NCBI GenBank assembly: GCA_965249025.1
Contig: OZ252215.1
Coordinates: forward strand, 83,209-147,208
Origin: Dehalococcoidia bacterium
Lineage (GTDB): Bacteria; Chloroflexota; Dehalococcoidia; Lucifugimonadales; CAYTFF01
Direction: 5' to 3'
Length of the DNA: 64,000 nucleotides
The stretch's first letter is position 1; each line of letters opens with the position of its first letter. Made by a program: the position numbers and the translations under genes. The notes beneath the pieces are model-generated. The model was not told the origin of the DNA. It worked only from the letters and a program-made list of their open reading frames with translations, and did not search any database. Of the stretch, positions 25,800 through 35,789 are shown in pieces.

Positions 25800-26139
25800 G
25801 GCTTTTTCTTGCCTTCACGCACTCATCACAGGGGCATATGTCCCGTAGCATCGTATAGGGATAGATCCCTGTGCTGTGGCTATCGCTCCATAGGAACTGA
25901 AGGGCGTAACGGCCCACCTGTATGTAGTCAATGGCTTGAATGTCCGCAGCAACGGTAGCAGGATCAAGGAGTTGCCTGTGGGTCCACTCCTCCACACACT
26001 GGGCGCAGGCGCAGTTTATTCGCAGGTATTTGGACGGGAAAAAGCTGCTGTGTCCGTCCTTCCACTCAATGGAAATGCCTTCTGGATTGGTTTCTACCTT
26101 TTGAGGTTCAATTATCATCTTATCTCCAGGCATGGACAC
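25768..26139 (-). CDS. DUF971-family protein (gamma-butyrobetaine hydroxylase-like N-terminal domain)
   Basis: IEWKDGHSSFFPSKYLRINCACAQC ... LWSDSHSTGIYPYTMLRDICPC is the duplicated DUF971 pattern. Confidence 0.7.
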   Translation of the reverse strand: MSMPGDKMIIEPQKVETNPEGISIEWKDGHSSFFPSKYLRINCACAQCVEEWTHRQLLDPATVAADIQAIDYIQVGRYALQFLWSDSHSTGIYPYTMLRDICPCDECVKARKSRVKDKQSADE

Positions 26140-26290
26140 ATCTCTTAGACTTAGTTACTGTAAGAGAGCCAATTGATATGATAACGTCAATGTGGTCTGC
26201 TATGCAAACCGAGATACAACGCAGAGAGGCTGCGGCTCACTAGAAGACCGCAGCCTCGTCAAATTATATAGCTTGGCTGGTGTTGCTTGC

Positions 26291-26911
26291 CTACGGGGCT
26301 GGGAAGACGTGAACGGTAACCCACCTACCTTGCTTCTTGGGGCCTTTCCCGTTGCCCTTGCCGTTTCCTGGGCCTCCACTGCTTACTTGGTCAGTATGGT
26401 TATAGACGGTGGTTAACATTTCGGCGTCATGGGCGTTGGGGGACGTTACCGAGCCGAGGGTCGCTTGGTCGTTCATACAGGTATCGCCTTCGGTGCGGTT
26501 ATGATCTAGGCCTAGCACATGGCCGAGTTCTTGGCAAAGTACATGGTCAGCTGCAGCAGCGCCATAGCTTCCCAGCAGCCGAGTATTGAGCTTTACCTCT
26601 CCTTTGGTTATGTGACCTTCTTCTACAAAAACCCTGGCTAAACCAAGCCAAAAGGTGCTAGATCCCTCAGAGACCGTAATGTTCCCCTTCTTTCCGTCGG
26701 TGAGTTGAGGGCTTATGGGAGTGCCCAGATTGGTCCACTCATCCACTCCTGCGGTCACGTTGTAAAGTGGCGAAGAAGTTTTATCTTTCACCGATGGGGA
26801 TAGATTGTCGCTTCCCCAGTGGTAGCCGTTCCAAGAGTGATCGGCGGAGGCTACCGCCGTTAACGATAGAAAAGCAACTATTAATATGCTTACGATTGTC
26901 AGTTTCTTCAT
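26291..26911 (-). CDS. secreted metzincin-like metalloprotease with a variant QExxHxxGxxH motif
   Basis: Signal peptide MKKLTIVSILIVAFLSLTAVASA. The motif CQELGHVLGLDHN has Gln (CAA) where the first zinc-ligand His is expected. A downstream TCM could be the Met-turn. Confidence 0.65.
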   Translation of the reverse strand: MKKLTIVSILIVAFLSLTAVASADHSWNGYHWGSDNLSPSVKDKTSSPLYNVTAGVDEWTNLGTPISPQLTDGKKGNITVSEGSSTFWLGLARVFVEEGHITKGEVKLNTRLLGSYGAAAADHVLCQELGHVLGLDHNRTEGDTCMNDQATLGSVTSPNAHDAEMLTTVYNHTDQVSSGGPGNGKGNGKGPKKQGRWVTVHVFPAP

Positions 26912-27208
26912 ACTCCACTTCCTCCCTAGGTTGCACCTTTGTATAGATAGCCTTAGTAGTAGACTTTACATATCAAACTGGAATTTGAATACGTTACTAG
27001 AAACTGGGCAAGATTTATCCGGAATAGACTACCTAGGACCTAAATTGAATTGGCTAATATTTTGGCACAAACTCAACTCTGTGTCAGTAGGTGGGAGTTA
27101 GTGGTAGTGTAAGAATTACGGATGTGAATTCGACACAACTTCCTTAGTATTATGGAGCAATTTGAAGGTTTCTGCTATCTCGTGCGCAGGCATGGGTAAT
27201 AGATAAGA

Positions 27209-27236
27209 TTGATTCGTATGTCACATTTGCTATACT
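27209..27236 (+). promoter_or_regulatory. candidate promoter for argF (TTGATT-N16-TATACT)
   Basis: Hexamers at 27209-27214 and 27231-27236, about 25 nt upstream of the argF start. Confidence 0.4.
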
Positions 27237-27261
27237 ATCGGCTGCAAGGGAGGCGTAAACT

Positions 27262-28185
27262 TTGAAATCTAAGCATCTTCTTTCTATTGTAGACCTGAGC
27301 ACAGAGGAGGTCTCGCGGCTGATCCAGCGCGCCTTTGACATGAAAAGGGGCGCTCCTCCATTGGCGCTGCAGGACAAGATGGTGGCGCTCATCTTTGAAA
27401 AGCCATCGCTGCGCACTAGGGTCAGCTTTGCTGTAGCGGTTCAGCAGCTAGGCGGGCATTCCATATATCTATGGGGTGAAGAGGTTGGCATGGGGGTCCG
27501 GGAGCCGACCAGCGATATAGCAAGGGTATTGAGCAGTTGGATAGACGTAATTGTGGCGAGGGTCAATTCACATGCTACTTTGAAGACTTTAGCTGATAAC
27601 GCTTCGATTCCCGTCATTAACGCCCTCTCAGATTTGGAGCATCCATGTCAGGCTCTGGCTGATCTTTTGACCATATTTGAAAAGAAGGGGGACCTTAGGG
27701 GAGTCAAGATTGCCTTTGTTGGGGACGGGAACAACGTGGCTGCCAGCTTAGCCCTGGCCTCGGCGTCAGTGGGAGCCAACTTCGTCATAGCATCTCCCCA
27801 GGGGTATGAGATACCAAAGGAAACGTGGGATGAGGGTTTGCGCCGCGCATCCATTAGCGGTTCTGAGATGACGCAGGTAGTGTCGCCGCAGGAAGCGGTA
27901 GAGGGGGCAGATGTTATCTATACCGATGTCTGGATCAGTATGGGTCAGGAAGATGAAGCTAAGAAGCGCTCAAAAGATTTCGCAGGCTATCAGGTGAATG
28001 AGAATCTTATGGAGCTGGCCGCTAAAGATGCCATCTTTATGCACGATATGCCCGCTCATAGGGGTGAGGAAATATCTGAGGGAATGCTGGGCCACCGGGC
28101 CTCTGTGGTGTTTGACCAGGCCGACAACCGCCTCTATGCCCAAAAGGCTATCCTTGCGGAGATCATAGAGGCTGATAAACGATGA
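27262..28185 (+). CDS. argF: ornithine carbamoyltransferase
   Basis: FEKPSLRTRVSF carbamoyl-phosphate motif and HPCQALADL. TTG start with AGGGAGG 7 nt upstream. Confidence 0.9.
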   Translation: MKSKHLLSIVDLSTEEVSRLIQRAFDMKRGAPPLALQDKMVALIFEKPSLRTRVSFAVAVQQLGGHSIYLWGEEVGMGVREPTSDIARVLSSWIDVIVARVNSHATLKTLADNASIPVINALSDLEHPCQALADLLTIFEKKGDLRGVKIAFVGDGNNVAASLALASASVGANFVIASPQGYEIPKETWDEGLRRASISGSEMTQVVSPQEAVEGADVIYTDVWISMGQEDEAKKRSKDFAGYQVNENLMELAAKDAIFMHDMPAHRGEEISEGMLGHRASVVFDQADNRLYAQKAILAEIIEADKR

Positions 28186-29501
28186 GCGCCAAACCCCTTG
28201 TTGCCATTGTGGGACGGCCCAACGTCGGCAAATCCACGCTTTTCAACCGTATCTCCAAGAGTCGCACGGCGATAGTCTCCGACGTACCGGGCACCACACG
28301 GGACCGTATCAGCGCGGAAGTTGCCTGGAGAGGGCGCTCCTTTATCCTTGTCGATACGGGGGGCCTTCTTCCCTTTGAGGAGGATGACCTCTGGAAGAAG
28401 GTAAAGGCGCAGGTAAGTATGGCTATTGAGGAGGCGGACGCAATAATAATGGTGGTGGACTCCAACGAAGGCTTAGCCTCTACCGATAGAGATGTAGCAG
28501 ACCTCCTAAGGCGAATCGGAAGGCCTGTGGTGCTCTGTGCCAACAAGGCTGACAACGAAAGCCGTCGTGGGCAGGCCATGGAGTTTTATGAGTTGGGCAT
28601 CGGCGAGCCGATCCCAGTAAGCGCCTATCATAACCAGGGTATTGATGACCTGTTGACAAGGGTGGCTGACCTTCTCCCTGAGGCACCTTCAGAAGCGGAA
28701 GAGGATGTCATGAAGCTGGCCATCGTTGGGCGCGCCAACGTAGGCAAGTCCACCCTAATGAATTCGATCCTGGGCTTTGAGCGTGCCATAGTTAGCGAAA
28801 CGCCAGGCACCACTCGAGACGCCATAGACAGCCTGCTTACGTTGGATGACTATTCCATGCTGATTATAGACACTGCGGGTATACGCCGTCGCGGCAAGGT
28901 AGAACCAGGAATCGAAAGGTACGGTGTTCTTAGGGCTATCCGCTCTATAGAGCGGGCGGACGTGGTTCTGCTGGTATTGGATGCCACGGAACTGGTCACG
29001 GCCCAGGACACACATATAGCCGGATATGTGCTGGACGCTTATAAGGCTCTGGTGATAGTGGTGAACAAGTGGGACTTGGCTCAGAAGATGGGGTTTACAA
29101 AGTCTGACATCGTCGAGGAGGTGGTGAAGCGCTACAAGTTTGCGCCGGATGTGCCAATGGCATTTACTTCTGCCATCACTGGAGGTGGTGTGGGGAAGGT
29201 TCTACAGAGCGCTTCGCAGGTCTATCAGGAGTGGAGCAAACGTTTATCCAGAGGTGAGGTGAGCCGAGTGCTGATGGCCGCAATAGCTGAGCATCCGCCC
29301 CCTTCGCATGGCAAAAGAAGTCTCAAAATCCATAGGGTCGCTCAGGAGGAAACGTGTCCCCCCACTTTCGTTTTTTACGGTAATCATCCTGATTTGGTAC
29401 ACTTCTCCTATCGCCGATACCTGGAGAACGTTCTTCACAGGTCCTTTGGCTTTCAGGGAGTGCCTCTCAAGCTCATATTCAAGGGTAGGGGAAGACAGTG
29501 A
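28182..29501 (+). CDS. der: ribosome-biogenesis GTPase Der (EngA)
   Basis: Two tandem G domains (GRPNVGKST and GRANVGKST) plus a KH-like C-terminus. ATGA overlap with argF. Confidence 0.95.
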   Translation: MSAKPLVAIVGRPNVGKSTLFNRISKSRTAIVSDVPGTTRDRISAEVAWRGRSFILVDTGGLLPFEEDDLWKKVKAQVSMAIEEADAIIMVVDSNEGLASTDRDVADLLRRIGRPVVLCANKADNESRRGQAMEFYELGIGEPIPVSAYHNQGIDDLLTRVADLLPEAPSEAEEDVMKLAIVGRANVGKSTLMNSILGFERAIVSETPGTTRDAIDSLLTLDDYSMLIIDTAGIRRRGKVEPGIERYGVLRAIRSIERADVVLLVLDATELVTAQDTHIAGYVLDAYKALVIVVNKWDLAQKMGFTKSDIVEEVVKRYKFAPDVPMAFTSAITGGGVGKVLQSASQVYQEWSKRLSRGEVSRVLMAAIAEHPPPSHGKRSLKIHRVAQEETCPPTFVFYGNHPDLVHFSYRRYLENVLHRSFGFQGVPLKLIFKGRGRQ

Positions 29502-30148
29502 TGGACTACGTTCTGACGGCACTTATTGGCTACATTGTGGGCGCCGTTCCCGTGGGACTCATTGTGGCTAAAGCCATCAAAAGGATAGATATCAGAGAGT
29601 ACGGTAGCGGCAAGATTGGGACGACCAATGTGCTCAGAACAGTGGGACGGCCCGCTGCGGTCCTCGTTCTTATGCTGGACATTGGCAAGACGGTAGGAGT
29701 TGTGTTAGTTATTAGAGCCTTTTCAGATTCTACAGGTGCAGAAGCGGCTGTGGCCTTCGCAGTGCTAATAGGGCATAATTGGCCGATCTTCACTCGGTTC
29801 AAGGGTGGAAGAGGCACAGCACCCGGCCTAGGAGGGATCATTGCGTTTTCTCCTTGGGCTACTCTGGCTACCATATTGCTCGGTCTTCCTGCTCTTTTGC
29901 TATCCAGATACGTTTCATTAGGTTCGTTGGTAGGGGCAGTGGTGGGGGGACTGACGCTGCTGGTCTTGGGCATTTTGGGAATAAACCCTATTGAGTATGG
30001 CTTCTTTGGGCTAATCGGTGGCTCCATAGTGGTCTTTAGCCACAGGGATAATATTGGTAGGATTATTGCGGGTACTGAGCGCAAACTAGGTAACCGCGTA
30101 GAGCCTGTAGTAATGGCAGAGGAAACCGAAGGCGAAGAAAGGGTATAA
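29498..30148 (+). CDS. plsY: glycerol-3-phosphate acyltransferase PlsY
   Basis: GSGKIGTTNVLR and HNWPIFTRFKGGRG motifs; overlaps the der stop. Confidence 0.9.
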   Translation: MMDYVLTALIGYIVGAVPVGLIVAKAIKRIDIREYGSGKIGTTNVLRTVGRPAAVLVLMLDIGKTVGVVLVIRAFSDSTGAEAAVAFAVLIGHNWPIFTRFKGGRGTAPGLGGIIAFSPWATLATILLGLPALLLSRYVSLGSLVGAVVGGLTLLVLGILGINPIEYGFFGLIGGSIVVFSHRDNIGRIIAGTERKLGNRVEPVVMAEETEGEERV

Positions 30149-31174
30149 GTGGCTAGAGTTGGTATCGTAGGCAATGCGACGTGGGGCACTACCCTGGGCG
30201 TTGTGATGGTCAGAAACGGGGTAGACGTGCTTTTGTGGTGCCGCACTAGGGAGGAGGCCTCAGACCTTCAGGCTAGGCGGGAGAACAGGCGCTTCCTTCC
30301 AGGGATCCCTTTCTCAGAGGGCTTAGCTGCTACTGCCTCCAGGAAAGAGGCTTTTCGTGATGCTGATCTGATTGTGTTTGCCGTGCCATCGGGGAGTCTG
30401 AGGGAGAATGTTCGCAATGTGAGGGATGCCTTTCAAGGTGCCCCTATAGTGATAAGTGCCACTAAGGGTCTGGAGGTAGGCTCGGGGAAACGAATGAGCC
30501 AGGTCTTAGAGGAAGAGCTTCCTTCGCATCTTCGGGCTGGAATTTGTGGCCTGTCCGGTCCGAACCTGGCAAGAGAGATAGCGGAGGGCAGGCCGTCATC
30601 TGCTGTTGTCGCTTCTGGTAGTGCTGAGGCAGCCAGACGAGCACAGCAGATCATGAACTCAACTGTATTTCGCGTGTATACCAGTGACGACTTAGTCGGT
30701 GTTGAGCTGGGGGGAGCCCTAAAGAACATAGTAGCCTTGGGCGCTGGAATTTGCGATGGCTTGGGGTATGGAGATAATGCCAAGGCAGCCTTCATTACTC
30801 GAGGCTTAGCGGAGATTACTAGATTGGGAGTTGCCGCTGGAGCTAACCCCCTCACCTTTGCTGGACTGGCAGGGTTAGGAGACTTAATAGCTACCTGCTC
30901 CAGCGTCCTCAGCCGCAACCACTTAGTGGGTACGGAACTGGCCAAAGGACGCCACCTGAGAGATGTCCGCGCCTCTATGCAAAACGTGGCCGAGGGCGTA
31001 GACACCACTATAGCTGCCATAAATATGGCGAAGAAGCTGGGAGTTGATATGCCCATTACTCAGACCACCTATAAGGTGCTGTTTGAGGATATGGACTTGA
31101 CTCAGGCTATATCGGAGTTGATGGAACGGGCTCCGAGACCGGAGTTGGAAGACCTGGATGTCAAAAAGGTCTAG
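30149..31174 (+). CDS. gpsA: NAD(P)H-dependent glycerol-3-phosphate dehydrogenase
   Basis: GALKNIVALGAGICDGLGYGDNAKAA and the conserved der-plsY-gpsA gene order. Confidence 0.9.
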   Translation: MARVGIVGNATWGTTLGVVMVRNGVDVLLWCRTREEASDLQARRENRRFLPGIPFSEGLAATASRKEAFRDADLIVFAVPSGSLRENVRNVRDAFQGAPIVISATKGLEVGSGKRMSQVLEEELPSHLRAGICGLSGPNLAREIAEGRPSSAVVASGSAEAARRAQQIMNSTVFRVYTSDDLVGVELGGALKNIVALGAGICDGLGYGDNAKAAFITRGLAEITRLGVAAGANPLTFAGLAGLGDLIATCSSVLSRNHLVGTELAKGRHLRDVRASMQNVAEGVDTTIAAINMAKKLGVDMPITQTTYKVLFEDMDLTQAISELMERAPRPELEDLDVKKV

Positions 31175-31177
31175 ATT

Positions 31178-31781
31178 ATGCCAACACCTACTATAGCCCT
31201 AGTCTTCTTCACATCCTTTGGAGTGGGTTTCTTGCGGGGCCTCTGGGTTTCTTGCGGGGCCTCTGGTGAGGCCTTGGGCACGCTCTTTTGGAACTGCTAG
31301 TGGTGGTTGGCCTTGCCCTTGGCGTTAGCAGGTTCCTGAATAGCGATCCGGTATTCGCCGTCATAGGCTTTATTGGGGGTCCTTTCCTCTTGTGGATGGG
31401 CTGGGGCATGTTGCGCAGGCCCGCTGGCTATCTGCCTATGAATGACACATACGAGGCGGGCCTCGGAAGAGGTAACCCTGTACTGGGTGGCGTTCTGGTT
31501 AGCCTATCCAACCCTTTTTGGAGTATCTGGTGGCTTACCCCATAGGTCTGGGTTACCTGTTATGGGCAAGAGATCTGGGGGTCACGGGGGTGACCTCTTT
31601 CTATACGGGTCACATATTGTCCGACCTGGTTTGGTACAGCCTAGTCTCTTTTATGGTGGCATCTGGAAGACGGATCTTGGGGCCGGGATTCTATAGGGGC
31701 TTGATTATAATCTGTGGGATTTTCCTTCTAGCGCTGGGAGGCTATTTTATCTCCTCTGGCGTAGGATTTCTGACTGGTTGA
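31178..31781 (+). pseudogene. LysE/RhtB-family amino-acid exporter, disrupted (three reading frames)
   Basis: LysE-like segments (..VSLSNPFWSIWW.., ..GLIIICGIFLLALGGYF..) are spread over frames starting at 31178, 31288 and 31518. A 20-bp tandem duplication lies at 31225-31264. Confidence 0.7.
31225..31264. repeat. perfect 20-bp tandem duplication GGGTTTCTTGCGGGGCCTCT x2
   Basis: Read directly from the sequence. A 20-nt length shifts the reading frame of the LysE-family gene. Confidence 0.95.
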
Positions 31782-31821
31782 GAAAGAGATCAGCCCTATC
31801 CCAAGACAGGAGGCCATAGGA

Positions 31822-32340
31822 TTAACCATTGGCCAGCCTATGTTGTTTTCTCAGGAACCATTTCTGATCGGCTAAGACCACCGAGGTCTCTATCTGTCGC
31901 TGAGGGATAGACCAGTACCTTCTCAGAAGCTCCTCCTTCTCGGTAGATGATACCAGATCAAAGCCGTGGTTTTGATAGAAACGAATAGCCCATGACGAGG
32001 CTGCCCATGTGCCAATTAGCATTGGATGGTCTGTTTGTTTTCTAAGATGGGTCAATAGTTGTGTTCCGATTCCAGAGTTCTGTCTGACAGTAAGGACGTA
32101 GGCGTGTCTTATGAGGGTAACATCTTGGACGTGCTGGATGCCCATCACCCCAATTAGGCTGCTGGGCTCTTCGTAACCCCAAAATACCACCCCAGCGTCT
32201 ACTTCATGTCGCAACTCTTCCCTAGGCATGTAGGGTTCCTTCCACTGGTCGGAGGGTATGATCTCTTTGTACGCCTGAGCGGCATCGTTGATGACTTGGT
32301 ATATCGCCTCGAAGTCATGCTCATCGCATTGGCGGATCAT
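31822..32340 (-). CDS. GNAT-family N-acetyltransferase
   Basis: Acetyl-CoA binding region VRQNSGIGTQLL; 172 aa. Confidence 0.8.
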   Translation of the reverse strand: MIRQCDEHDFEAIYQVINDAAQAYKEIIPSDQWKEPYMPREELRHEVDAGVVFWGYEEPSSLIGVMGIQHVQDVTLIRHAYVLTVRQNSGIGTQLLTHLRKQTDHPMLIGTWAASSWAIRFYQNHGFDLVSSTEKEELLRRYWSIPQRQIETSVVLADQKWFLRKQHRLANG

Positions 32341-33290
32341 TTGGCTTCTACAGTGAGATTTGATTGCTTAGGCAGCATCATCGAGGATGACTTCGATATC
32401 ACCAGGGTTATCCAGTCGTTTTCGATACGATGGTAGTCTACGTTGCCTCCTGCCTTTTTGAGGCATTCCTCTATTTCATCTTTCTTATCCTGGATGATGC
32501 CCGAAGTCACTAGTTTCCCCTCTGGCTTTAGGACGGCAATTAGCTCCTCAGAGAGGCCTGAGACCACCTTGGCGGAGATGTTGGCTAGGACTAGATCCTG
32601 GGAGGCTACGATGGCTTGGGGAGATGGAAGAGAGCCGTGGCTCACCTTTACGATGCTTCCGACCCCATTAGCAGCCACGTTCTCCTTGGCTACCTTTATT
32701 GCTATGGGATCAACGTCTAAGGCGAGCACCCTGCTGGCTCCCAATTTGGCGGCGGCTATGGATAATATACCAGACCCAGTTCCGATATCCAGAACCGTCA
32801 TACCCGGTTTGAGCAGCCTCTCGAGCTCTAAGAGGCACATGTGTGTGGTCGGGTGATGTCCGGTGCCAAAGGCCATACCTGGATCTAGGTTTACTACTGC
32901 CTGATGGGGTTTTGGCTGGTACCTTCTCCAAGGGGGTCTGATGACTATTCTGGCGCCTATGTGGAGGACGTAGAAGTGGCGTTTCCAAGCATTTTCCCAT
33001 TCCTTCTCATCTAGGATGCGTTCTTGAAGAGGTGAGATAGGCGCTACTTTGGATACCAGTTGAATCGCCACGTCAATTTGGCTGCGTCTGGACTTAGAAG
33101 TAGCGTCCAGGGGAAGGTAGGTTCTCACTGTGGCCCAGTGTGGGTTCTTGGGTTCTTCTCCTTCATCTGGGTTGAAGCTATCTTCTACCTCTACGGAGAC
33201 TCCTTGTCCATATCGGGTGAAGATATGAGACAAAGGCTCCACATACTCTTGAGGCGTTTTGACGCTAAGTTCAATCCATTTTGAGTCCAT
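32337..33290 (-). CDS. prmA: ribosomal protein L11 methyltransferase
   Basis: PrmA pattern [21 protein letters not shown] and SAM motif [19 protein letters not shown]. Confidence 0.9.
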   Translation of the reverse strand: [317 protein letters not shown]

Positions 33291-33451
33291 ATTTAAGCCT
33301 CAACCCAGTGAAGACATCAAACTTTTGCTTATGGTTTCAGGAGGTAAGTGAAATTTGTCTTTGATAATAGTGGAACCGCAGGCTTTGAAATTAGGTCGGG
33401 TGGCGACTTGAAGCGTGGTCGGAGGATGGGAAGGGCCTATTGCTTAAGGCG

Positions 33452-34609
33452 CTAGTCTGTGCCCACAAAGGCGTCTTTCACCTTCTCAAACCAGCTCTTG
33501 TCGTTTTGCGGTATGGATTCTGGGGTATTGAGGGTCTCTTTGAGCTTTTCAAACTGAGATCTTTGTTCGTCGCTCAGGTTCTTAGGAGTCACTACAATAA
33601 TCTGGACGAGTTGGTCTCCTCTGCCTCCCCTATTGTTGATGGGCACCCCCTTGCCTTTGATGCGGAGCACCGTGCCGGAATATATGCCTGCTGGAATGTT
33701 AAACATGTCCTTGCCATCTAAGGTTTCAACCTCTACTTGGCCTCCTAGAGCGGCCTGAGCAAAGTTGATCGGGAGTTGGGATACAATATTGGTCCCTTCT
33801 TGGGTGAATTTAGGATGAGGATTCACGTTAAGGTGTATGTACAGGTTGCCTGGGCGACCCCCGTTGATGCCCGCTTCGCCTTCTCCTGTCAACCGTACTC
33901 TAGATCTGTCCTCCACTCCTGGAGGTATATTTACAACCAGCTTTCTTTTAACTCGCTGCCTTCCATTACCGTTACATCTAGAGCAGGGCTGGGTTGTTAT
34001 CTTGCCTTCCCCACGACAAGTAGGGCATGTGGAAACCTGGACAAACTGGCCGAATATCCCCTGCTGGGACCGGCGGACTTTACCCACTCCACGGCAGGTA
34101 GCGCACTCTTGTTGGATGCTTCCTGGCTCTGCCTTGGTTCCTTTGCAGCGTTCGCACGTCTCGGCCCTTTCTATCTCTACTTCCTTTTCTACGCCGAAGA
34201 CGGCCTCTTTAAAGGATATGGCCATAGAGAGCTGAAGATTAGAGCCGTCTTGCGCTGATGAACGCGACCTTGTACCAGCGCCAGCGCCGAAGCCATCGAA
34301 GAAGGCTTCGAATATGTCGCCGAAGCCGCCGAAGGGGTCGAACCCCTCGAAACCGTTCCCAACATCGGATTCTAAGCCCACTCCTGCATGGCCGAATCGA
34401 TCGTATTGGGCGCGTTTCGCAGAGTCATTAAGAACCTGGTAGGCCTCATTGATCTCTTTGAATTTTGATTCGGAACCTTTGCTTTTGTTCCTGTCTGGGT
34501 GGTGTTTAAAGGCTAGCTTCCGAAACGCCTTCTTAATCTCTTCTTCAGAGGCGTTTCTAGGTACCCCTAGCACTTCGTAATAGTCCTTTTTGTGGGTAGT
34601 CATAAGCAC
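33452..34609 (-). CDS. dnaJ: molecular chaperone DnaJ
   Basis: J domain (KDYYEVLGV...HPDRN), a G/F-rich region and four CxxCxGxG zinc-finger repeats. Confidence 0.95.
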   Translation of the reverse strand: MLMTTHKKDYYEVLGVPRNASEEEIKKAFRKLAFKHHPDRNKSKGSESKFKEINEAYQVLNDSAKRAQYDRFGHAGVGLESDVGNGFEGFDPFGGFGDIFEAFFDGFGAGAGTRSRSSAQDGSNLQLSMAISFKEAVFGVEKEVEIERAETCERCKGTKAEPGSIQQECATCRGVGKVRRSQQGIFGQFVQVSTCPTCRGEGKITTQPCSRCNGNGRQRVKRKLVVNIPPGVEDRSRVRLTGEGEAGINGGRPGNLYIHLNVNPHPKFTQEGTNIVSQLPINFAQAALGGQVEVETLDGKDMFNIPAGIYSGTVLRIKGKGVPINNRGGRGDQLVQIIVVTPKNLSDEQRSQFEKLKETLNTPESIPQNDKSWFEKVKDAFVGTD

Positions 34610-34632
34610 CTAAATTCTCAGGTTTGCCATCT

Positions 34633-34662
34633 ATTATAGCTCATTAGAGGAACCTATCTCAA
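34633..34662 (-). promoter_or_regulatory. candidate promoter for dnaJ (TTGAGA-N18-TATAAT)
   Basis: On the minus strand the -35 is at 34662-34657 and the -10 at 34638-34633, between the hrcA terminator and the dnaJ start. Confidence 0.4.
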
Positions 34663-34698
34663 GGAAGGTTAGTGCGCCTTTGCGAGCAAGGTGTGTTT

Positions 34699-34733
34699 CA
34701 AAAAAAGAACGCCGAAGGTCTTGTCTTCAGCGT
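34699..34733 (-). terminator. intrinsic terminator after hrcA
   Basis: Minus strand reads ACGCTGAAG-acaagac-CTTCGGCGT (9 bp including one G-U pair) followed by TCTTTTTTTG. Confidence 0.6.
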
Positions 34734-34766
34734 TTCGTCATTGCGGTGGCGGGTCTATGGGGAAGC

Positions 34767-35789
34767 CTAGCCTTTGCCGATGACCTCTCCCACCATCTCA
34801 TCCAAGACGGAAGATATATACTTTACGCCGCTGATGGCATTGGTGTACGACATACGCGTAGGCCCAATTACGGCCATCACCCCGGCCACCTGGTCTGGAA
34901 CACCGTAGCGACATAGGATCACGCTAAGAGGCCGGAGGGCGTTTTCCGAGTTCTCGCTTCCTATTTGAATCTTTATAGCGTGGCCTTGAGGCGCATGTTC
35001 CAGGATTGTATGGATCAGGGATTGGTCCTCAAGGCATGCCACTATTTCGCGGAGCTTCTCGCTCTCTGTGAACTCTGGTTGAGTTAGAAGGAAGCTCAAG
35101 CCATCTACGAAGTGGTCGCTGTAGTCTGCGCGGTCTTCTTCGCGCATTACATTAAGGGTTGTGGCTACCACTTCTTCTTCGAAGGCCGATAAGTCCGTTC
35201 GATTCTCTTCTATTTCGCTAATGCTCAGACCCGCTAGTTGCGATTTAAGTTTGTTTGCGACCAGCGTTAACTCTGTGGGGGACATATTCTCTTTCAGGGG
35301 TATCAACTGTTGGCGAAGCTTAGCCTCCTGGAGGACAAGGACTAACAGAGCTAGATATTCTTGAATGGGAACCAACTCTATGTGACGTAACCGAGAGTTA
35401 TACGCCTTGGGCATGGTGACGACGGCCATATTTTGGGCCATTCGAGCCAGGGATGAGGTGGCTATTTTAATCCAAATCTCAGGGCTCCTGCCTGCTCGAT
35501 TAAGTTCCTGCCGTATCATGTTCGCAATATAAGCGGGGAGGTCTACAGAGTCGCCAAGGGTCTCGACGTAGAACCTGTACCCCTTGTCCAAAGGCACTCT
35601 GCCTGAGGAGCTGTGGGGGCGTATGATGTAGCCGTTATCTTCCAGATCAACCATCTCATTGCGTACGGTGGCTGAGCTTACTCCCAGTCCATGATTCCGA
35701 ACGATACTCTCGGAAGCGACTGGGCTAGCGGTATCGATGTACTCGCCTACTATGGCTTTAAGGATGGTCTCTTTTCTCTCGGTTAGAAT
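34767..35789 (-). CDS. hrcA: heat-inducible transcription repressor HrcA (probable ATT start)
   Basis: The winged-helix N-terminus (I)LTERKETILKAIVGEYIDTASPVASESIV lies upstream of the first ATG (35654). The frame is closed by TGA at 35795-35793 with no ATG/GTG/TTG in between. ATT 35789 sits 6 nt after GAGG. Confidence 0.85.
   Translation of the reverse strand: MLTERKETILKAIVGEYIDTASPVASESIVRNHGLGVSSATVRNEMVDLEDNGYIIRPHSSSGRVPLDKGYRFYVETLGDSVDLPAYIANMIRQELNRAGRSPEIWIKIATSSLARMAQNMAVVTMPKAYNSRLRHIELVPIQEYLALLVLVLQEAKLRQQLIPLKENMSPTELTLVANKLKSQLAGLSISEIEENRTDLSAFEEEVVATTLNVMREEDRADYSDHFVDGLSFLLTQPEFTESEKLREIVACLEDQSLIHTILEHAPQGHAIKIQIGSENSENALRPLSVILCRYGVPDQVAGVMAVIGPTRMSYTNAISGVKYISSVLDEMVGEVIGKG

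Noticed and set aside
26975-27135. TGAAT-containing strings upstream of argF considered as ArgR/AhrC ARG boxes.
   Set aside because: None forms the TGAAT-N4-ATTCA palindrome. The matches are half-sites only.
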